Position numbers and translations under genes: made by a program
Shown: positions 59,673-64,000 of the stretch, piece by piece
Layout of the letters: each line of letters begins with the position of its first letter
Position numbering within the stretch: position 1 is the stretch's first letter
Notes under the pieces: generated by a model
What the model was told of the DNA's origin: nothing
What the model saw: the letters and a program-made list of their open reading frames with translations, nothing else
Database searches by the model: none
Source of the DNA: an uncultured virus (IMG/VR IMGVR_UViG_3300032282_004613)
Lineage: Duplodnaviria; Heunggongvirae; Uroviricota; Caudoviricetes
Strand: one strand, 5' to 3'
Length of the DNA stretch: 64,000 nt
IMG/VR virus record: IMGVR_UViG_3300032282_004613

Positions 59673-59744
59673 TACTCGGTACGGAATTCGAATCCGTGCT
59701 ACGTCCGTGAAAGGGACGCGACCTAACCACTAGTCGAACCGAGC
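59673..59744 (-). tRNA. tRNA-Glu(TTC)
   Basis: CGTCC-CTTTCAC-GGACG. Confidence 0.93.
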
Positions 59745-59749
59745 AAGTG

Positions 59750-59835
59750 CGGAGAGAGTAGGATTCGAACCCACGGTACCTTTCAGTACTTCGGTTTTCA
59801 AGACCGACGCAATAGACCAACTCTGCCATCTCTCC
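59750..59835 (-). tRNA. tRNA-Ser(TGA)
   Basis: TCGGT-CTTGAAA-ACCGA; long variable arm; G73. Confidence 0.95.
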
Positions 59836-59840
59836 GTGTT

Positions 59841-59912
59841 TGATACTAACTCACCTTAAATTGCACCTACTGGTCATGCCATGGTTAACAAAGTCCTCGT
59901 TGAGTTAGATCA
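59841..59912 (-). ncRNA. unassigned ~72-nt RNA closed by a terminal stem
   Basis: TGATCTAACTCA pairs with TGAGTTAG(T)ATCA. Confidence 0.45.
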
Positions 59913-59920
59913 AAAAGGTT

Positions 59921-60103
59921 ACAGGTTTTTCGTACCCATTCGTACATCATAACAAATATATTTCTACACCTGTGGTTACATTTTCGTCATTGGGTTAATT
60001 ACTCCCGACTTATAGCAACTCTACTTTCACCGCTATGATACCGCGAATCAAGACGGGTGTTAAGATTTATAGACAGTGGGTTTCCACCACCGTCGTCACC
60101 TGC
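59921..60103 (-). ncRNA. unassigned ~183-nt multi-hairpin RNA
   Basis: GCAGGT/ACCTGT closing stem; internal GACGGTGG/CCACTGTC and ATAGCGG/TTGCTAT stems; no ORF. Confidence 0.5.
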
Positions 60104-60110
60104 AATTTCT

Positions 60111-60230
60111 TTACTTTCTTCTACGCTGACGTAAAGCACATCCAGCAACAGATTTATATGCTTTTGTAGTTCTTTTACTTCTTAAAGCACTACTTGCTTT
60201 TCTTGCTACTCTTCTTGACGTTCTAGCCAT
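60111..60230 (-). CDS. 39-aa Arg/Lys-rich peptide (MARTSRRVARK...)
   Basis: ATG at 60230 just after tRNA-fMet. Confidence 0.6.
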   Translation of the reverse strand: MARTSRRVARKASSALRSKRTTKAYKSVAGCALRQRRRK

Positions 60231-60245
60231 AGTTAAAAGTTTTTG

Positions 60246-60317
60246 TTGCGAGGGAAGGGATCGAACCTCCGACCTTTGGGTTATGAGCCCAACGAGCCAC
60301 CGCTGCTCTACCTCGCG
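60246..60317 (-). tRNA. initiator tRNA-fMet(CAT)
   Basis: C1:A72 mismatch; GGG/CCC anticodon stem; TATATTTG promoter at 60326-60333. Confidence 0.92.
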
Positions 60318-60374
60318 ATGTTTTGCAAATATAGAAAATATTTTTAAAATAAAAAAATATTCCAAATATTTTTG

Positions 60375-60442
60375 TTGCGGGGCCAGGAGTCGAACCTGGA
60401 ACACTCGGCTTATGAGACCGGTGGGAAACCATTCTCCCCGCA
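60375..60442 (-). tRNA. tRNA-Met(CAT) with truncated D-arm (68 nt)
   Basis: intact acceptor, anticodon and T arms; only 14 nt between acceptor and anticodon stems. Confidence 0.75.
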
Positions 60443-60445
60443 ATA

Positions 60446-60522
60446 TGGGGTGATCGACGGGATTCGAACCCGCTTTATTCTAGTGCCACAAACTAGTGCT
60501 CTACCATACGAGCATCGATCAC
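60446..60522 (-). tRNA. tRNA-His(GTG)
   Basis: CTAGT-TTGTGGC-ACTAG; C73 and encoded CCA; no encoded G-1. Confidence 0.9.
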
Positions 60523-60524
60523 AG

Positions 60525-60594
60525 AGTCAAGTATAGGAGTTGAACCTATCTTAAAGGTTTTTGCACCTTCACCTCTCCGCTCGGTCAACTTGAC
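60525..60594 (-). tRNA. tRNA-Cys(GCA)-like with abnormal anticodon loop
   Basis: GTCAAGT/ACTTGAC-T acceptor; AAGG-TGCAAAAA-CCTT. Confidence 0.6.
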
Positions 60595-60597
60595 TTG

Positions 60598-61026
60598 TTA
60601 TACCAAAAGACCATTTATTTCGTATTCCTCTTTTGTTCCAATTTTTAAAGGAACAAATAAAGCAAATCCATCATCATCCTCAAAATGGTTACATTCGTCA
60701 TCAAAAACATGTTGCCATTTTGTTCTTCTATACACAAACCGTATTCCATTCCATTTGGCGACTCTAGCGTTTCTATGGTTTCCAATATAATACTCGTCAA
60801 TAACCAAATCTTTTTTTGGTATTGCCCCAGCCGCAATTAATTTTGGAACATAGAATTCCTGCCACTCTTCTTTAGTAGTGTGTGGTAATTCTGGTATGTC
60901 CTCGGGATTAATAAATTTGGGTAATTCATTTTCCCAATAATCTTTAATCCTTTTTTGTCTTTCTTCTTTCATTCTTTTTAATTGTTCTTCCGCAATTAAT
61001 TTGAATTCTTCTTTGCTCTTTTCCAT
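60598..61026 (-). CDS. hypothetical protein inside the tRNA operon
   Basis: ORF track. Confidence 0.75.
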   Translation of the reverse strand: MEKSKEEFKLIAEEQLKRMKEERQKRIKDYWENELPKFINPEDIPELPHTTKEEWQEFYVPKLIAAGAIPKKDLVIDEYYIGNHRNARVAKWNGIRFVYRRTKWQHVFDDECNHFEDDDGFALFVPLKIGTKEEYEINGLLV

Positions 61027-61050
61027 TGTGTTTTCCTGTTATTGTTTTTG

Positions 61051-61121
61051 CACCCACTTACAGATTTGAACTGCAATCAACTGGTTTGGAATCAGGTATG
61101 CTACCGTTGCACCAAGCGGGC
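61051..61121 (-). tRNA. tRNA-Trp(CCA)
   Basis: loop TTCCAAA; G73; imperfect anticodon stem. Confidence 0.85.
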
Positions 61122-61126
61122 GTTTG

Positions 61127-61201
61127 TAGGGTAAAGAGGACTCGAACCTCCATGATGCCTTGCTCCCAAAGCAAGTGACTTAGCCATTAGTCCATTACCC
61201 T
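61127..61201 (-). tRNA. tRNA-Pro(TGG)
   Basis: CTTGC-TTTGGGA-GCAAG. Confidence 0.92.
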
Positions 61202-61209
61202 ATATGTGT

Positions 61210-61248
61210 AAAACAAAAAACCCCGAGATTTTTAAGTCCCGAGGTTTT
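61210..61248 (-). terminator. intrinsic terminator/attenuator directly upstream of tRNA-Pro
   Basis: AAAACCTCGGGA-CTTAAAAA-TCTCGGGGTTTT plus TTGTTTT. Confidence 0.8.
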
Positions 61249-61271
61249 CTAATATTTTAAGTTAAATTAAA

Positions 61272-61367
61272 TTAACCGACATCAGTATCATCGAGACATA
61301 TGGACATAGGATGCTCATTCCAATTTTGTTGGTCCATCGGCGACATCGTATGTGTTAATTGTCTCAT
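61272..61367 (-). CDS. 31-aa leader peptide MRQLTHTMSPMDQQNWNEHPMSICLDDTDVG (not in ORF track)
   Basis: translated by hand; lies between promoter TATCTTTG (61393-61400) and terminator. Confidence 0.6.
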   Translation of the reverse strand: MRQLTHTMSPMDQQNWNEHPMSICLDDTDVG

Positions 61368-61437
61368 TGAATTTTGTTTTAATCTTCTTTTGCAAAGATA
61401 ATAATAAATACTGATAAAAAGAATAAAAACTAATAAT

Positions 61438-62220
61438 TTATTCACCCCAATGTTTTTTTCTTAAATCATCCATATCAATTGGTTCGCGCTTCATGTGTCC
61501 ACCCTTAGAAAAATTTGCACCTTTTTTCAAATATCCACCTAAGAAATTCCTTCTCATTCTGTTTGAATTATTTGCTTCAGATCCATGAACACAATGAGAG
61601 TGTAAGAGTACTACTTGGCCTTTTCTAAGATAACCTTCTACTTTTCTAAAATCATGACCTTCTGGCATAACACATGGTTTACCTCTTTCGTTACTCCAAA
61701 ATGCTGGGTTGGTTTTAATTCTCTCCTCATCAACTTCAATTGGTAGTACAGGTAAACGATGAGACCCCTCATAATTCCAAACAGCACCGTTTTCTGGATC
61801 ATGATTATCTAATGCTAATGCGGTATTAATTATCTCATTATGACCACATTGAGTATAAAAAGCGTTTTGGTGTTGATCTCTACCTAATTGTCCCGGAGGT
61901 TTAAAATAGCACCAACTTTGCATCCCTTGTATTTCACCTCCCATTAAAAATTCAACGGCTTCTAAAATTTTTGGGTGTGCGAATAGTTTTTCCAGTTTAT
62001 CTGAAAGTTTATGTGGGTACGCAAATGGGTCCCACTCACCCCATATTTTACCATCTGGGGCTTCTGTTCCGGTTCTTTCATTTCTTAATCTATCTAATTC
62101 GTCGTTTATTTCATTACATTCCTCTTCTGTTAATAGTTCCAGAACCGTGAATCCTCTGTATCTCCAATCAAAGGTTATTTGTTGAACTTCTAAGTCGGTA
62201 AGATGTTTAAAATTACTCAT
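61438..62220 (-). CDS. phytanoyl-CoA-dioxygenase-family 2OG-Fe(II) oxygenase
   Basis: YFKPPG, HQN, ALD...ENG...GSH, VHGS..N...R. Confidence 0.85.
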   Translation of the reverse strand: MSNFKHLTDLEVQQITFDWRYRGFTVLELLTEEECNEINDELDRLRNERTGTEAPDGKIWGEWDPFAYPHKLSDKLEKLFAHPKILEAVEFLMGGEIQGMQSWCYFKPPGQLGRDQHQNAFYTQCGHNEIINTALALDNHDPENGAVWNYEGSHRLPVLPIEVDEERIKTNPAFWSNERGKPCVMPEGHDFRKVEGYLRKGQVVLLHSHCVHGSEANNSNRMRRNFLGGYLKKGANFSKGGHMKREPIDMDDLRKKHWGE

Positions 62221-62276
62221 ATATATATGCTTTAATACCCTAAATTAAATAAAAAAATACTTATTGTAAAGAAGAT

Positions 62277-62642
62277 ATGGGTATAATTCCGATTACCTGG
62301 TATATTGAAACGCCAATAGATTTTGAACATAAACAATATACGTTATTATCCTACCTACAGCGTGTAGACGCTAGTTTTATTGAAAAGCAACTATCTCCAC
62401 ACCTTTTACATATGGAAAACATGCTTAAAGAGTTATATGTGTTTGACGAAAAATTTCTATCAATATTAAAGGATTTTGACAGGAATAGATATAAATTCTT
62501 TAATAACCCAAAATTAGAAGGTGAAGATAATGAATTAGTTTACGAGGTAAAGGATATCGTAGATTTCTCAATCCCCCAAGTAAAAACTAGGTTAAATCTA
62601 GGTTATAAAATACTAGAAAGACATTCTCAGATTTTGTTCTAA
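62277..62642 (+). CDS. hypothetical protein
   Basis: PIDFEHKQYTLLSYLQ motif. Confidence 0.75.
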   Translation: MGIIPITWYIETPIDFEHKQYTLLSYLQRVDASFIEKQLSPHLLHMENMLKELYVFDEKFLSILKDFDRNRYKFFNNPKLEGEDNELVYEVKDIVDFSIPQVKTRLNLGYKILERHSQILF

Positions 62643-62780
62643 TAATTTTTCCGGCAATATATACGCTCTATTTGCCTTGCCCGATATTTATTTTATGGCA
62701 AGAAGAAACTAAATGTATCTCTATCATTAAAATGATGGGGCATAGGTTAGGTAAAACTTCTATATCTAAAACTTAATTTT

Positions 62781-63425
62781 ATGCAGAAAATCAAAGCAAT
62801 TTCAAGGAATATCGGTGATTACATCGTTTACGCCTTCCTATCATTAGCAATACTATTTGTTGTATGTGCACTTATCGCCCAAATCTTTTTTATCTTTTTA
62901 GAGTTTAGCGGTAGAAGTGAAACTGCGGCACAAATAGCAAGAGAGTTTAACTGGAAATTTGACGGAACCTTTAAAAATGATCCAAATAACATATTCTATA
63001 ATGCTGACGAACATGTGTATGTTGAGAGTGTTGTTAATAATGTTAAGATAGGCAAATTGGCCGGAAATAGAAATTTAGAGTTTGGGGTAAAAAACATATT
63101 AGAGGAGTTTTTACAAGACAAAGGGTATGACTTAACACCAAACGCTCCAAATAAATTAAAGGTAGAAATTATATACCTAGACGTCTTAACTACAAAAAAG
63201 AACGTGTCAGTATTTCATAAAAACGAAGAAGAAGTAGTCATAAGAATGAAAGGTATTTTATATAAGGACGGAAAAAAAGAAAAGGAAATCGTTGTTGAAG
63301 AAGGTTCCTCAGAAATCTCAATGTCAAGTTTAATTGTTGATGAAGGAGGTCAGTTTAATCAAACATCTCTAAGTAATGCAATAAAGAAAACTTGCGATAA
63401 ATTGATTCAAAAATTATTTAGTTAA
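62781..63425 (+). CDS. membrane-anchored protein, possibly CsgG-like fold
   Basis: N-terminal TM; GVKNILEEFL...AIKK pattern. Confidence 0.55.
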   Translation: MQKIKAISRNIGDYIVYAFLSLAILFVVCALIAQIFFIFLEFSGRSETAAQIAREFNWKFDGTFKNDPNNIFYNADEHVYVESVVNNVKIGKLAGNRNLEFGVKNILEEFLQDKGYDLTPNAPNKLKVEIIYLDVLTTKKNVSVFHKNEEEVVIRMKGILYKDGKKEKEIVVEEGSSEISMSSLIVDEGGQFNQTSLSNAIKKTCDKLIQKLFS

Positions 63426-63427
63426 AA

Positions 63428-64000
63428 ATGAAAAAATTATTACTGTTATGCGGTTTATTTTTATTGTGGGTATCGGGCTACTCGCAATTAAGTGTTAATC
63501 AAAGTATTGTTCAACAACCACCATATAAAGTGGGTGACACAATATCTGTAAACTACACTTTAAGTAGAGGTACAACAAATCCAAAACCTCGTTATTTTTG
63601 GTTAAGATATCAATATAACAACAAAGCGTTGGAATATGTGTCAACCACATGGTCTCAAGGATCACAAACTCAGGTGTATTACACAAACTGGAGCAATTAT
63701 GTTTTTAATGCTAATGCCGGTGTTGCTGCAACTGATTTGTATGGTCAATATATGTTAACCCCTTGGGCTTATGTTACAAACGTAGATTGGAGTGTTGGTC
63801 AATTATCAATACAAAGAGTTGATAAATCTATGGACGGTTTATTTGCAACACAAAAGTACATAATTAAAGACAAGAGTGGTTATGATAATATTCATAAATT
63901 AGATTTATCATATGCTTTAGATAGTACTGCTGGTGCAAATATTTCACCACTAACAACAACTGGTGGATCTGTAGGATTAACCCAGGTTGTAGGTAACACA
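63428..64000 (+). CDS. secreted beta-rich protein (truncated by window end)
   Basis: MKKLLLLCG..GYS-Q signal peptide; reading frame open to the window end. Confidence 0.7.
   Translation, partial: MKKLLLLCGLFLLWVSGYSQLSVNQSIVQQPPYKVGDTISVNYTLSRGTTNPKPRYFWLRYQYNNKALEYVSTTWSQGSQTQVYYTNWSNYVFNANAGVAATDLYGQYMLTPWAYVTNVDWSVGQLSIQRVDKSMDGLFATQKYIIKDKSGYDNIHKLDLSYALDSTAGANISPLTTTGGSVGLTQVVGNT

Noticed and set aside
60223..60443. ORF 60223-60432 and the N-terminal extension of 60111-60443
   Set aside because: They run through tRNA-Met genes; only 60111-60230 is kept.
865..63686. Many 60-165 aa ORFs antisense to or nested in longer genes (e.g. 865-1245, 10826-11215, 19322-19816, 32420-32728, 48228-48581, 63495-63686)
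   Set aside because: Shadow ORFs of well-supported genes.
1..64000. Stop-codon (TAG) reassignment suggested by the possible CTA anticodon
   Set aside because: Long genes are intact in the standard code, and several end in TAG followed closely by the next gene (e.g. 11246, 16926).

Overview
AT-rich, densely coded segment of a very large tailed (jumbo/huge-type) bacteriophage read in the standard genetic code. The host is probably Bacteroidota: TAnnTTTG -7 promoters recur and Shine-Dalgarno motifs are generally absent. 1-6.9 kb holds small minus-strand early-type genes separated by terminators, TGTTAA-N5-TGTTAA boxes and GC-rich GATC/CCWGG islands. A G/C-tract strand-switch element sits at about 7 kb. 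From 7.1-53.5 kb most genes follow a TATTTAT(A/T) motif, and over 30 proteins share short leaders ending in (I/L)-x-E that resemble capsid-targeting/prohead-protease signals, fused to unrelated cargo domains. This part also has a GH19 endolysin, two beta-barrel-like proteins and a glycosyltransferase cluster. 53.5-61.4 kb is an RNA-rich island: tmRNA, a ~875-nt GOLLD-like structured RNA, about 10 tRNAs plus aberrant tRNA-like RNAs, two unassigned structured RNAs and a heme oxygenase + bilin reductase cassette. Most novel is a leader peptide/terminator/antiterminator element upstream of the tRNA operon that looks like a translation-coupled attenuator sensing tRNA supply. All calls come from reading motifs by eye; no searches or folding were run.
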